Counted from the whole stretch's first letter, positions 9,515-20,014 are shown. The stretch is 63,968 bases of DNA, filler included, from 6 parts of 6 records of this genome joined end to end with filler, not necessarily neighbours in it; one strand, 5' to 3'. Numbers and translations: made by a program. The notes: generated by a model not told the origin, from the sequence alone.

Positions 9515-10435
9515 TTATGTTGTCGGTGCGACTTCCCGATCCAATCGGGGTCCTGCCCCGATGGATGGCGCGATCAGGATTGCCGACAAAACCACGGCTG
9601 CGGACAGCAACTCCCTCAAGCCAATCGCTTCGCCGAAGACCAGCCAGCCGACCAGGAACATGGTCGGCAGCTCGAAACTTCCCGCAGCTGCAGTGCGAAC
9701 AGGCCCAACCTTCTGACAGGCGATCGTATAGAGAATCTGCGGAACAAGAGCCGTTCCAAGTCCCATGGCGACGATGAGGCCCCACTGGCCGGTGCTTGCC
9801 GGCAGAACTGAGCCCTGCCCTTCATTGATCGCGAGGGGCAACAAACCAATGACGGACCCGGAAAGTCCGCAAGCCGTCCGTTCCAGAGAATTCAACTCAC
9901 CTGCCAGCCCGCTGAGGACAACAATCAGAAAGCCGAACGCGATGGGAGCAGGAATGGCCCATAAAAGTGCCTGCAGTGCCTCGGGGGATAGCGACGACGG
10001 ATCGAGCAGCAGCCCGGCTGCCAGGATAACCAGACCTGCCGAGGCAAATGATCTCCAGGTCAACGCTTGCCTGAGCAGAACCCAGGCAAAGAGGGCCGCG
10101 AAAACCGGATAGGACATGTAGACGACACCGGCAGCGGCAACGGGTGCCACGCGGATCGCCTCCAGATGACCGATCAGGCTGAGCCCCAGCACCAGACCCG
10201 CCCCCGCCATCAACAGGGCGCCGCCTCGTTTGCGCTTCTCGAACGGCAGAAAGGGAAGCAGGAACAGGACGGAAAAGCCGTAACGATAGAGAGCGATTGT
10301 GGCCGGGCCGGCGCCCAGGCCCTGAAGCTCCCGCACGAAGATCGGCACGAGGCCGAAACAGGCTGCGGAGGCTGCTATGACGAGTGTAGCCCCAGTCGTC
10401 CCAAGGCTGATGTGAGGAAAGGTGATGTTGCTCAT
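9515..10435 (-). CDS. DMT/EamA family transporter
   Basis: About 10 hydrophobic segments in two EamA-like repeats (YMSYPVF; FELPTMFLVGWLVFGEAIG). Confidence 0.88.
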   Translation of the reverse strand: MSNITFPHISLGTTGATLVIAASAACFGLVPIFVRELQGLGAGPATIALYRYGFSVLFLLPFLPFEKRKRGGALLMAGAGLVLGLSLIGHLEAIRVAPVAAAGVVYMSYPVFAALFAWVLLRQALTWRSFASAGLVILAAGLLLDPSSLSPEALQALLWAIPAPIAFGFLIVVLSGLAGELNSLERTACGLSGSVIGLLPLAINEGQGSVLPASTGQWGLIVAMGLGTALVPQILYTIACQKVGPVRTAAAGSFELPTMFLVGWLVFGEAIGLRELLSAAVVLSAILIAPSIGAGPRLDREVAPTT

Positions 10436-10492
10436 GCCTTGTCGATACCGCGCAACGATGAGCAAACAAAATTCCTAGTTTTCATTCAGTTC

Positions 10493-10507
10493 ATGAAATG
10501 CTTTCAT
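10493..10507. promoter_or_regulatory. LysR-type binding box (T-N11-A; TGAA-N5-TTCA)
   Basis: ATGAAA-TGC-TTTCAT between the divergent DMT and LysR genes. Confidence 0.6.
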
Positions 10508-10513
10508 AGAAAT

Positions 10514-11488
10514 ATGATCCCTCGACTGGCCCTCCATCACCTGACCCTTCTTTCCGCGCTTGGCGAGACCGGCAGCATGACCGCGTCCGCCACGCGTCTC
10601 GGCGTGACACAGTCTGCAGCTTCACACAGGCTGCGGGAAGCAGAGCGCCGCCTGGGGGTGGTTCTGGCACGCCGCGCCGAGAACCGGATTGAACTGACGC
10701 CGGAGGGCGAACGTCTGCGGCATCTGGGCGAGACCTTTCTGGGCGAGTTGTTTCGTCTGGAGCAGGATCTTGAAGCCTCTGCAAGGGACGCCAGGATCCT
10801 CGTTCGTCTCGGCCAGGCAACCTACAGTCGCTATCACTGGTTTCCCGCGTTTCTGGAGTATCTGGACACGGCCGACCCGAAACTTTCGGTCGATCTGTCA
10901 TCGCGAGCGACGGCGCATCCCCTGGCCTCGCTCCTCGACGGTTCCGTGGACGTTTCGCTGGTTTTCGGCCGCGAACCGGCACTTGCCTCGCTGCGCGCGG
11001 TGAAGCTGGGCACCGACCCGATTGTCGCGGTGCTGGCGCATAATCACCCGCTTGCCGCAGAGCCCGTCGTCAACAGCGAAAACATGGGAGATGAGCGTTT
11101 CTTCGTTTATCCGCTGACCGCAGAACCCGGATTTGACTGGACAACCCTGCTTGGTGCCCCCACCCAGCCGTTCCGGCGGCTGACCCCGATGCCGACACCG
11201 GAAGCAGTGATCGATCTGGTGCGCGCCAAGTTCGGCGTTGCCATCTTCAGCAAGTGGGCCATCGAGCCGGAGCTGGCTGACGGAACACTGGTTTCCCGTC
11301 CGATTGCCGAAGGTGGTGTTTCGCTGGACTGGTGGTGTGTTCGCCGCGCCTCGGACCCGCAGGACAGTCCGGCGGCACGCCTCTCGTCTGCCTTGACAGC
11401 CTGGAGCCACCAGTCCGACAGGGCCTTGTCGACGCTTGCCTTCGGCGGAACGGGTCAAACTGCAGGGTCGGAATTGAAAAAAACCTAG
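10514..11488 (+). CDS. LysR family transcriptional regulator
   Basis: HTH GSMTASATRLGVTQSAASHRLREAERRLG followed by a substrate-binding domain. Confidence 0.92.
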   Translation: MIPRLALHHLTLLSALGETGSMTASATRLGVTQSAASHRLREAERRLGVVLARRAENRIELTPEGERLRHLGETFLGELFRLEQDLEASARDARILVRLGQATYSRYHWFPAFLEYLDTADPKLSVDLSSRATAHPLASLLDGSVDVSLVFGREPALASLRAVKLGTDPIVAVLAHNHPLAAEPVVNSENMGDERFFVYPLTAEPGFDWTTLLGAPTQPFRRLTPMPTPEAVIDLVRAKFGVAIFSKWAIEPELADGTLVSRPIAEGGVSLDWWCVRRASDPQDSPAARLSSALTAWSHQSDRALSTLAFGGTGQTAGSELKKT

Positions 11489-11570
11489 GCGCGAAGCAGT
11501 AACCTTCGTAAGCTTTTCAAGGGGAGAAGGGGAAAAGCCGGTAATTTCCGGCGAACGGGGGAGACAGGCA

Positions 11571-12947
11571 GTGGCTTCACTCTCCGAAAAGGATCGCAGA
11601 CGCGGGCTTGTTCTGTCCATGGGTACGCTTGGCGGCCTGGTGATGCTGGACGAGACAATCCTTGGCGTTTCACTTCCGGCAATCCGGTCCGAGATGGGGC
11701 TTTCGCCGACGCTTACCCACTGGATCATCAACGCCTACATGCTGACGTTCACCTGCTTCGCCGCTATCGGCGGCAAGGCGATCGATCTTTTCGGGTTACG
11801 CCCTGCCCTAATTGTCAGCGCCAGTGTATTTGCGCTCGCCAGTCTTCTGGCCGGATTTTCAAACGGACCTGAACTGCTGATCGGCATGCGCATCGTCCAG
11901 GGCCTTTGCGCGGCAGTGATGTTCCCGATGACGCTCGCAGCCGCGACCCTCACCTTCGACAAGGCAGAACGGGGCCGTGCAATCGGCATTCTGGCGGGGA
12001 TGGCAACGATATTCCTCGCCGCGGGACCGCTGCTGGGCGGTGTCCTGACTGATTTTCTTTCCTGGCGCTGGGTCTTTTGGGTCAACATTCCCATAGTCGC
12101 CGTTGGCACTGTGCTTGCCTGCCTGTTCTGGCAACCGCCGCAGCAAACGCCTGCCCGCCCGCTCATAGACCGGATAGGTCTGTTCCTGTTGCTTGTTGGC
12201 ATGACGGGGATCATTTTCGGCCTGATGGAAGGTCCCGACTTTGGCTGGATAACGCCACTCATCCTTGGCAGCTTGCTGGCCGGAATTGCCGGGATCGTGT
12301 TTTTCGTAGCCTTTGAAGCCAGGCAACGGATGCCGCTGATCGATGTGCACCTGTTTCGACTGAAGGCGTTTCACGCCAGTGTTCTCGTGATCCTTCTGAC
12401 ACAGATGAACAAGATCGTCGTTGCGATCTTCGTGCCCCATTTCCTGCAGCTCGACATGAAATTCTCGGCGCTGGCGGCAGGTCTCGCAACTGTCGTCGCC
12501 GTTTTTCCGTTTCCCTTCCTGTCGGCACCCGCCGGCAAGTTGGGAGACAGGCACGGTTCGCGCAAGCCGGTTCTGGTAGCCCTCGCGGTTCTGGCTCTGG
12601 CCAACATTGCCATCGGCAGCCTCACCCTTGCGGAAAACTATCTGGCGCTAGCCCCGGCTCTTCTGGTCTGGGGAATTGCCCTTCCCTTTGCGATGATCCC
12701 AACCGGGCGGATCACCGCCAACGCGGTCCCTTCGGAAAAGCAGGGAGAGGTCAGTGGCCTGGTCATCACGGCGCGTCTGGTTGGAGGAACACTCGGTGTC
12801 ACAATGGGCAGCGTGCTGCTGGCCATGGAGGCAGGGTTCGGCTCCATCTTCTGGGTGATGGGTGTACTGATCACCCTGTGCTGCGGCTATGGCTTCAGGT
12901 CATTCGCCAATGATGCACCAGCTTACCATTCAGCACCCGGGAGCTGA
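11571..12947 (+). CDS. MFS drug:H+ antiporter (DHA2 / EmrB-like)
   Basis: LDETILGVSLP, WIINAYMLTF, GPLLGGVLT and WRWVFWVNIP; about 14 TM segments. Confidence 0.9.
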   Translation: MASLSEKDRRRGLVLSMGTLGGLVMLDETILGVSLPAIRSEMGLSPTLTHWIINAYMLTFTCFAAIGGKAIDLFGLRPALIVSASVFALASLLAGFSNGPELLIGMRIVQGLCAAVMFPMTLAAATLTFDKAERGRAIGILAGMATIFLAAGPLLGGVLTDFLSWRWVFWVNIPIVAVGTVLACLFWQPPQQTPARPLIDRIGLFLLLVGMTGIIFGLMEGPDFGWITPLILGSLLAGIAGIVFFVAFEARQRMPLIDVHLFRLKAFHASVLVILLTQMNKIVVAIFVPHFLQLDMKFSALAAGLATVVAVFPFPFLSAPAGKLGDRHGSRKPVLVALAVLALANIAIGSLTLAENYLALAPALLVWGIALPFAMIPTGRITANAVPSEKQGEVSGLVITARLVGGTLGVTMGSVLLAMEAGFGSIFWVMGVLITLCCGYGFRSFANDAPAYHSAPGS

Positions 12948-12982
12948 GTGCTCCCGAGTGCCGGACCAAGTGACCTGGAAGG

Positions 12983-13543
12983 TCACGCCATTTCCGGTTC
13001 CTTCTTCCAGGCAAATTGCTTGACCGGCTCATCCAGCTCAGTGTGAGCAAGCGCGTTGGTGAAGTTCGACAAGGTCTTGGCGGCGATGCCGACAAGAACT
13101 TCAAGCGCCTGCCGTTTGGAATAACCCGCAGCAAGAAATGCCTTCAACGCATCGTCACCGATATATCCACGCTGCTCGACGAGGGTTCGCGTATAGACGC
13201 GAAGCGCTTCCAGTTTCGGGTCGTTCAGGCGTCCTCCAACGCGCAAGGCGGCAATCGCATCATCCGGCACCTTCACCATCTTCATCAGCATGGTGTGCCC
13301 TGCCATGCAGTAGTGACATTCGTTGAGGTAGTTCACTGTCATCATCACGACCTGCTGCTCGGTCGGCGACAGATCCGTGGCTTGAGTGAAAAGCCGGAAC
13401 GTTTCCAGATAGGCTTCATAGACGGAAGGGGCTTCGGCCATCACCTGGTGCAGTTTCGGATAGAAGCCGTAATCCTTCTTCGACCTCTCGAGCAGGTCCA
13501 GAGATCCTTGCGGTGCAGTTTCAGGGGTGTGGTACTCAAACAT
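12983..13543 (-). CDS. Carboxymuconolactone decarboxylase / AhpD-like protein
   Basis: NECHYCMAGH motif and KTLSNFTN. Confidence 0.9.
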   Translation of the reverse strand: MFEYHTPETAPQGSLDLLERSKKDYGFYPKLHQVMAEAPSVYEAYLETFRLFTQATDLSPTEQQVVMMTVNYLNECHYCMAGHTMLMKMVKVPDDAIAALRVGGRLNDPKLEALRVYTRTLVEQRGYIGDDALKAFLAAGYSKRQALEVLVGIAAKTLSNFTNALAHTELDEPVKQFAWKKEPEMA

Positions 13544-13668
13544 GCCTTATGCTCCTTCAAAGCTTGGGCTGAGGAAAAGAAACGAGGTGGTCTTCAGGGG
13601 CGCCGACGCGACTGGAGGGAACCGGACCATGCGTCCCGTCAGGCCGTGACAGCGCTTGAACTTGCTAC

Positions 13669-13726
13669 GTTTTGATCACTTGTGTATAAAACTGGAACAA
13701 GCGTTTTGTCCACATGTGAACAAAAC
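13669..13726. promoter_or_regulatory. Tandem 24-bp palindromic operators, probably bound by the adjacent TetR
   Basis: GTTTTGATCACTTGTGTATAAAAC (13669-13692) and GTTTTGTCCACATGTGAACAAAAC (13703-13726) between the divergent AhpD-like and TetR genes. Confidence 0.7.
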
Positions 13727-13758
13727 TATTCGCGTAACATGTTCGTGAGACGAGGGCG

Positions 13759-14382
13759 ATGGCACGACCGTCCAAATTCGACAGGGAAGACGCGCTCGAT
13801 GTGGTGATGAACCAGATCTGGCAGACAGGCTATCGCAACAATTCCGTCAAATCGCTTGCGGAGGTTCTCGGGATAACCCGATCGAGCTTCTACAACGCCT
13901 TCGGCTCCCAGGAGCAGCTGTTCAAGGAAGTGCTTGCCCGCTACACCCGGGTCTCGCCGGACAGGGTTCTGGCTCACGACAATTACAACAAGCTGGTGCG
14001 TGGCGTAATCACTGAATTCTTTCAGGACATATGCCGCCTGCGGGCCCGCGACCCGGAATGGCGCGGCTGCATGGCTGTCAACGCAATTAGCGAACTCTGC
14101 AGCAGCCATCCCGAACTGGGGCCGGTGTTGGCAGAAGTTATCTTCGGAAGTCTGGAACGGTTGGAAAGACTGCTCAAGCTGGGTGTCGAAACCGGCGAAC
14201 TACCGAAGGACTATGACATTCGCAGCAATGCACTTGCGGTTCAGACGCTGATGATCGGCATCAACACGCTGAGCAAGGTTGTCCATTCAGAGAAATCCTT
14301 GTGGCTTGCATGTGAGGCGACGCTGAAAGGTCTCGACCTTCTCGAAAAAGGCAGACAGGCGAGTGAATGCAAGATGGCGTGA
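13759..14382 (+). CDS. TetR/AcrR family regulator (NemR/ComR-like)
   Basis: MARPSKFDREDAL...LGITRSSFYNAFGSQEQLF and GCMAVN. Confidence 0.92.
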   Translation: MARPSKFDREDALDVVMNQIWQTGYRNNSVKSLAEVLGITRSSFYNAFGSQEQLFKEVLARYTRVSPDRVLAHDNYNKLVRGVITEFFQDICRLRARDPEWRGCMAVNAISELCSSHPELGPVLAEVIFGSLERLERLLKLGVETGELPKDYDIRSNALAVQTLMIGINTLSKVVHSEKSLWLACEATLKGLDLLEKGRQASECKMA

Positions 14383-15894
14383 TCAGCCGAAATCGCCGCT
14401 GAACCGTTCACGCAGCACGTTTTTCTGGATCTTGCCCATGGTGTTCCGCGGCAAGGCCTCCAGAACGTGGACCTTCTTGGGCTGCTTGAACTTCGCCAGA
14501 CGATCGTTCAAGGAGGCCTGAACGGCGTCCTGGCCCAGTTCGGCTCCCGGTTTCGGAGCCAGCACGGCGACCACCGCCTCTCCAAAATCGGGATGCGGCA
14601 CGCCGATTACTGCGCTTTCGGCGACGCCCGGCAGTTCGTCCAGCAGCGCTTCAACCTCGGCCGGATAAACGTTGAAACCACCGCTGATGATCAGATCCTT
14701 GGACCTGCCGACGATGGAAACATAACCGTCTTCATCGACGCGCCCCATGTCGCCGGTTATGAAATAGCCGTCTGCCCGAAATTCCTGCGCCGTCTTTTCC
14801 GGCATTCGCCAGTATCCCAGAAAAACGTTGGGACCCTTGATCTAGATGATGCCGACCTCTCCGTCCGGCAGCTCTCGCCCGGTTCTGGCATCGACGACAC
14901 GGAGCCCCACACCGGGCAGAGGAAATCCAACCGTTCCCGGCCGACGTGCACCGTCATAGGGATTGGAAGTGTTCATGTTGGTTTCGGTCATGCCGTAACG
15001 CTCCAGGATTGCGTGTCCTGTGCGCTCTCGAAACTCCTTGTGCACCTCCGCCGAGAGCGGGGCTGACCCTGAAATGAACAGGCGCATGTGGGCCGCCACA
15101 TCCCGCGTGAACCGGTCCGATGCCAGCAGGCGCGTATAGAATGTCGGAACGCCCATCATGGCTGTTGCTTTCGGCAAAGCGGCAAGAACCTGATCCAGGT
15201 CGAACTTCGGCAGGAACAGCATGGAACCGCCTGCCATCATCAGACAGTTGGTGGCAACGAACAGCCCGTGAGTGTGGAAAATCGGCAGGGCGTGCAACAG
15301 CACATCGTCTTCGGTGAACTGCCAGTATTTCACCATGGTCTGCGAATTCGACGCCAGATTACCATGCGTGAGCATCGCTCCCTTGGAACGTCCCGTAGTA
15401 CCGGACGTATAGAGGATGGCCGCCAGATCGTCGTCTTCACGCGGACGGTTATCGTAGTCCGTCGGCATCTGGTCTGCGAGTAGACTGAGGCTGCCCTCCC
15501 CGTTCTGATCGAGCGTGTGCAATCGCGCGCCGGCCTTTTGCGCCGTTCCGGCCAGCACGTCGGCCCTGGCCGGGTCGCAGACAAAGACAGCCGGTTCCGC
15601 ATCACCAACGAAATAACCGATTTCGGCAGGGGTATAGGCAGTGTTCAGAGGCAGAAACACGCCACCGGCACGGATCGTGCCGAGATAGAGCATCAGGGTA
15701 TCGGGCGTCTTTTCCACCTAGACAGCAACCCGGTCTCCCGCTTTGACACCCAGTTTCTGGAGGGCACCGGCATATTGCGCAGACCGCGCGAACATGTCCG
15801 CGTAGGTTATTTGCCCGCCGTCCAGTGTTTCGAGAAAGACCTTGGACCGATCCGGTATGAACGCGGTCAGAGCGTCAAAGAGATGGTTCATCAT
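14383..15894 (-). pseudogene. matB: Malonyl-CoA synthetase interrupted by two in-frame TAG codons (15718-15720 and 14842-14844)
   Basis: Three ORF-track pieces share one frame and join into 503 codons: MMNHLFDAL...GDRVAV*VEKTP...ILYTSGTTGRSKGAML...ILERYGMTETNMNTSNPY...GII*IKGPNVFLGYWRMPEKT...LPRNTMGKIQKNVLR. Confidence 0.85.
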
Positions 15895-16191
15895 CGCAGC
15901 GTTCCGAAATGGCGGGCAATCAGGAAGGATGTATTTGATACCAGTAGTGCCCAATTTTAAAGCAAGTCTGCGAATTTTAGGCAAGTCCGGGGAAATGCGG
16001 CCTGCCACAATCAAGCTTTCATAAAACTTTCACGCCGTGCTTTAGGGTGTGAAGCCATAAATGGTGCTGAAATGGTTTGAGACCGATTGGCCCTCCTCGG
16101 CATTGCGAATTTGCTTCGTCAAATTATCCGCACGTTCAGCTGAGAGGGGTTGGACCACGCAATCGCGCTCCGAACGACCGAGGGATACTTG

Positions 16192-16845
16192 ATGCCGACA
16201 ATCAGACCGCAGACCTTTGCAGAATTCGTCGCCGACGGTGCCGTTCATGTGATTGGCATCTGCCTGGGGCTGACCGCAACCATTGTTCTGGCAGCCACGC
16301 TCTGGAACGCGGGTGATCCCGCCCGGCAGGTCACTGTCATGATCTATGCAGCCTGCCTGATGGCGATGCTGATCTGTTCTGCGCTCTACAACATGCTGGC
16401 GAAAGACCACAAGACAGGGATCTTGAGACGGCTCGACCACGCGGCCATCTTCCTGATGATCGCGGGCACTTACACCCCCCTGGCGGCAATGATCATCGGC
16501 GGATGGACGGGCGGCGTGCTGCTGGCTGTCGTGTGGACCGGTGCGCTGGCCGGGGCCATCGTCAAGCTGGCACATCTGACCGGGCTTGATCGGCTCACTG
16601 TCCCCATCTACCTCGCGTTAGGCTGGGTGGTCGTTTTTGCCGTCAATCCGCTGATCGAAAAAGCATCCGCATTCGGGTTCTACATGATCCTGGCGGGCGG
16701 GCTGCTTTATACGGTTGGAACAGCCTTTTATGCCTGGAAACGCCTGCCATTCCAGAATGCGATCTGGCACGCCTTCGTACTGGCCGCCGCGGTCTGTCAT
16801 TTCTCCGCCGTGTTCCACGACGTGGCCCTGATCAGAGCCGCCTGA
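16192..16845 (+). CDS. Hemolysin III / PAQR family membrane protein
   Basis: RRLDHAAIFLMIAGTYTP, YLALGW, GGLLYTVG and AIWHAFVL. Confidence 0.92.
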   Translation: MPTIRPQTFAEFVADGAVHVIGICLGLTATIVLAATLWNAGDPARQVTVMIYAACLMAMLICSALYNMLAKDHKTGILRRLDHAAIFLMIAGTYTPLAAMIIGGWTGGVLLAVVWTGALAGAIVKLAHLTGLDRLTVPIYLALGWVVVFAVNPLIEKASAFGFYMILAGGLLYTVGTAFYAWKRLPFQNAIWHAFVLAAAVCHFSAVFHDVALIRAA

Positions 16846-16856
16846 AACCACTCGAC

Positions 16857-16889
16857 AAAAAAGGCGGCACCGACAGGTACCGCCCTTTT
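16857..16889. terminator. Bidirectional terminator between convergent genes
   Basis: AAAAAAGGCGGCACC-GACA-GGTACCGCCCTTTT. Confidence 0.7.
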
Positions 16890-16911
16890 CCATTTCCATC
16901 AGCGTGGCTGC

Positions 16912-17649
16912 TCAGGCGTCCGCGTTGGGATCCTTGCTGAGCACGACCACCTTTGTCTGCAGTGGCACGCGGCTGTACAGGTCGATCACGTCCTGCTGCC
17001 ACATGCGGATACAGCCCGAAGACACACTCTTGCCGATGGAGTTCGGCTGGTTGGTGCCGTGGATACGGTAAAGCGTGTCAGTGGCGCCTTGCCACAGATC
17101 CATGGCGCGCGCGCCGAGCGGGTTCTTCAGACCGGGCGGGTAGCCCTTTTCCCAATAACGCTCCAGAGACGGCTTGCGGGCAATCATTTCGCGTGGAGGG
17201 CGCCAGATCGGATGAGGCCGCTTGACGCGGATCTTCGCCTCGCCCGACCAGGCGAACCCGGCCTTGCCCACACCAATGCCATAGCGCAGCGCCTTGCCGT
17301 TGCCGAGCGTCCAGTACAGGAAGTTGTTATAAGGATCGACGATGATGGTTCCTGGCCGCTCGCGGGTCTTGTACTCCACGATCTGCCGCCAGTACTTCTG
17401 GTCGAAATTCTTGTAGTTGATTGCCGGCCAGGTGTAATCGTCATCGGGCCATGCCGCATAGGCTGCCGCATAGTCGAACTGCTCGTCCGGCAGATCGGCC
17501 TGATCCGGCAGACCAACCAGCCCGGCGGACTGACATCCTGCAAGGCCGGCTGCCGTAAGCACCAGGCCGGCGGCCAGGAAACCACGCCTGTTCATCGCGC
17601 CACCTGCTGGCGAACTGTCAACATCGAGCGGCGAATTGGAACGCTTCAT
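16912..17649 (-). CDS. L,D-transpeptidase (ErfK/YbiS/YcfS family), Tat lipoprotein
   Basis: NRRGFL Tat motif, LAGC lipobox, NPLGARA and YRIHGT..SIGKSVSSGCIRM catalytic motif. Confidence 0.95.
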   Translation of the reverse strand: MKRSNSPLDVDSSPAGGAMNRRGFLAAGLVLTAAGLAGCQSAGLVGLPDQADLPDEQFDYAAAYAAWPDDDYTWPAINYKNFDQKYWRQIVEYKTRERPGTIIVDPYNNFLYWTLGNGKALRYGIGVGKAGFAWSGEAKIRVKRPHPIWRPPREMIARKPSLERYWEKGYPPGLKNPLGARAMDLWQGATDTLYRIHGTNQPNSIGKSVSSGCIRMWQQDVIDLYSRVPLQTKVVVLSKDPNADA

Positions 17650-17797
17650 GAGACCTCCACAAATTCTGGCTCCTTCTTGAGACAGGTTTTCAACAGTTGC
17701 AAGTCACATTCGCCGAACTGCCTTACATTCTTCAGATGAATCCTTAGATTATTCCCAGCCGACCTTCTCCGGCCCACCCCACACTCAAGGTCCTTCC

Positions 17798-18865
17798 GTG
17801 CAGACAAACGTTTCAAAGTCGCCTTTTCCCGTCTTCGACGGTCACAACGACACACTCCTGAAACTTGAAATCGAGGCCATGAAAGGCACCGAGCGCAGTT
17901 TCTTTGACCGCTCGACCACAGGCCACATCGACATGGTGCGGGCGCAGGAAGCCGGATTTGCCGGCGGGCTTTTCGCCATGTTCGTACCGTCCAACCCGGA
18001 ACAGGACTTCACCCGCCCCTTCAACCCGAAGGACCCTGCCAACTATCAGCCCGTACCGCAGAAGAGTGCGTTTGATTTCACAAAACGTATGCTGGAACGG
18101 GCCGAGCAGATCGAAGCCCAGTCGGAAGGCAATGTCGTCATTTGCAGAACCCCGGACGAGAACCGTACAGCGATCGAATCCGGCCAGATTGCCATAAGCC
18201 TTCACATTGAAGGTGCCGAAGCCATCGATACCAACCTCTATGCGCTGGAGGAGCTCTACGGCCGCGGTCTGCGCTCACTTGGCCTGGTGTGGAGCCGAGA
18301 GAATGATTTCGGATACGGTGTTCCGATGGCGCACCCGGCTTCACCGGATATCGGCCCCGGCCTGACCGGCGCGGGACGCGACCTGGTTCGCGCCTGCAAC
18401 CAGCTCGGGGTGCTGCTTGATGTGTCCCATCTGAACGAAAAGGGTTTCTGGGACCTGGCGCGCATCACAGAACGGCCGATCGTTGCCAGCCACTCCAATG
18501 TTCACAAGATTTGCGAAAGCAGCCGCAATCTGACGGACAAGCAGCTTGATGCCATCAAGGAAAGCGGAGGTCTCGTCGGCATCAATTTCCATGTTGCCTT
18601 CCTGCGCAAGGACGGCGGTCATTCGCGTGACACGCCGCTTTCGGTCATTGCCGACCATGCAGCCTATCTGGTTGACCGCCTCGGCGAAGACAGCGTGGCT
18701 CTCGGCTCAGATTTCGACGGCTGTGTCCTGCCGCGCGACATCGGCGACGTTACCGGTCTGTCCCGTCTGATGGAAGAGCTCGACGGCCGTGGTTTCAATA
18801 CACCGGTTCTGGAGAAGATCGCCTGGAAAAACTGGATCTCCGCACTGGAGAAAGCTGCCGGCTGA
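17798..18865 (+). CDS. Membrane dipeptidase (peptidase M19)
   Basis: FDGHND, HIEGAE, DVSHLNEKGFWD, ASHSN and LGSDFDG. Confidence 0.93.
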   Translation: MQTNVSKSPFPVFDGHNDTLLKLEIEAMKGTERSFFDRSTTGHIDMVRAQEAGFAGGLFAMFVPSNPEQDFTRPFNPKDPANYQPVPQKSAFDFTKRMLERAEQIEAQSEGNVVICRTPDENRTAIESGQIAISLHIEGAEAIDTNLYALEELYGRGLRSLGLVWSRENDFGYGVPMAHPASPDIGPGLTGAGRDLVRACNQLGVLLDVSHLNEKGFWDLARITERPIVASHSNVHKICESSRNLTDKQLDAIKESGGLVGINFHVAFLRKDGGHSRDTPLSVIADHAAYLVDRLGEDSVALGSDFDGCVLPRDIGDVTGLSRLMEELDGRGFNTPVLEKIAWKNWISALEKAAG

Positions 18866-19246
18866 ACGGGCCTGTCTCGCCTTTGATCAAGATCACTCCG
18901 CCCGCCTCGCAAACTTGTTACCAAGCGTAAACAGTTAGCGATTGCATTTGTGGACGGGCGGAGAAACAATGCATTTATTGTTATTTTTTGGCAGCCGTCT
19001 AAATATTAGATCCGGAATTCCACCTGAACTGCACGTTCAAGACCCACCCTTGTCGGTGGCACAAGATGCAGGCAGGTTGCAGTATTCAGGCGGTTGTGCG
19101 TGGTTGGCACGTCCCATTGACCGTTCCTTCGCACCAGCGGATGGCCGGATGGAGAAAAAAACGCGAGATTGCAGACGGCGATATTTGTCGGCTGTGGTCT
19201 TTCTTTGCGTTGCCATTCAGACGCGATGCCAGTGGGGGGCAGCGAC

Positions 19247-20014
19247 GTGAATGTATTACTTACCGCGGACAGACGTTCGCCGGTTCAAGCGGAAAACAGG
19301 GGCAAGCGCGCGCGCAAGTCCGATGCAGTCTATCAGGACCTCAAACGCCAGATCCTGACCGGGGAAATGACCTCGGAAAGCCCGATTACAGAACAATCCC
19401 TTGCCCAGGACTATGGCTGCTCGCAGAGCACCATCCGTGAAGCGCTCATGCTGCTTCAGGAATGCGGCCTCGTTGTTCGCCGCGGTTATCAAGGCACCTA
19501 CGTCACAGATCCGAGCCCGCTAGAAGCCCGTCTGATGCTGAAACTGCGCATCGACATTGAATCGACCGGCGTCGTGGAAGCGGTCAAACATGTCACCAAG
19601 GACCAGGTGAACGAGCTCTATGACCTTGAAGACCAGTTCGAAGCCTGCCGCGACAAGCGGGACGTGTTCGGCTGTGCCGAGATCGACCGCGCACTGCATC
19701 TGAAACTCTTCAGAATTGCCCGGATGCCGGTTCTGGATCCTATGCTGGTCAGGACCTTCATGATCCTGCAACGGGTCATGCTGTCGAGACCGCGTTCCGA
19801 ACAGTCATGGACCAGGCCGAATGTGACCCCGCACCGGTCCGTCATCGAAGCGCTGGAAGGTCATGATGTCGATGCGACACTGACGGCTCTTCGAGCTCAT
19901 ATCCTGTCGAGCGCCGTTTTGCTGGCTCCACACTTTTACGGTACGGATATCGTGGAATTGCAGGACCAGTTCGACGCGTTGCCTGTTCAGGCAGCTGGTA
20001 TCAATTGGCGCTAG
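19247..20014 (+). CDS. GntR (FCD) family regulator; start uncertain
   Basis: ITEQSLAQDYGCSQSTIREALMLLQECGLV..GTYV HTH plus an FCD-like C-terminus. Confidence 0.88.
   Translation: MNVLLTADRRSPVQAENRGKRARKSDAVYQDLKRQILTGEMTSESPITEQSLAQDYGCSQSTIREALMLLQECGLVVRRGYQGTYVTDPSPLEARLMLKLRIDIESTGVVEAVKHVTKDQVNELYDLEDQFEACRDKRDVFGCAEIDRALHLKLFRIARMPVLDPMLVRTFMILQRVMLSRPRSEQSWTRPNVTPHRSVIEALEGHDVDATLTALRAHILSSAVLLAPHFYGTDIVELQDQFDALPVQAAGINWR

Noticed and set aside
3874..14382. Genomic island or defence island in the run of small accessory genes
   Set aside because: No integrase, transposase, att repeats or obvious composition shift; the genes are common regulator, transporter and detox families.
14383..15894. 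Genome-wide TAG reassignment or pyrrolysine as the explanation for the matB stops
   Set aside because: Other genes on the contig end normally at TAG, no other gene shows internal TAGs, the two sites probably need different residues (Gln and Glu), and no pyl genes are visible.
18883..18896. FNR-like site TTGAT-N4-ATCAC
   Set aside because: It is imperfect and about 350 nt from the next start codon, with no supporting context.
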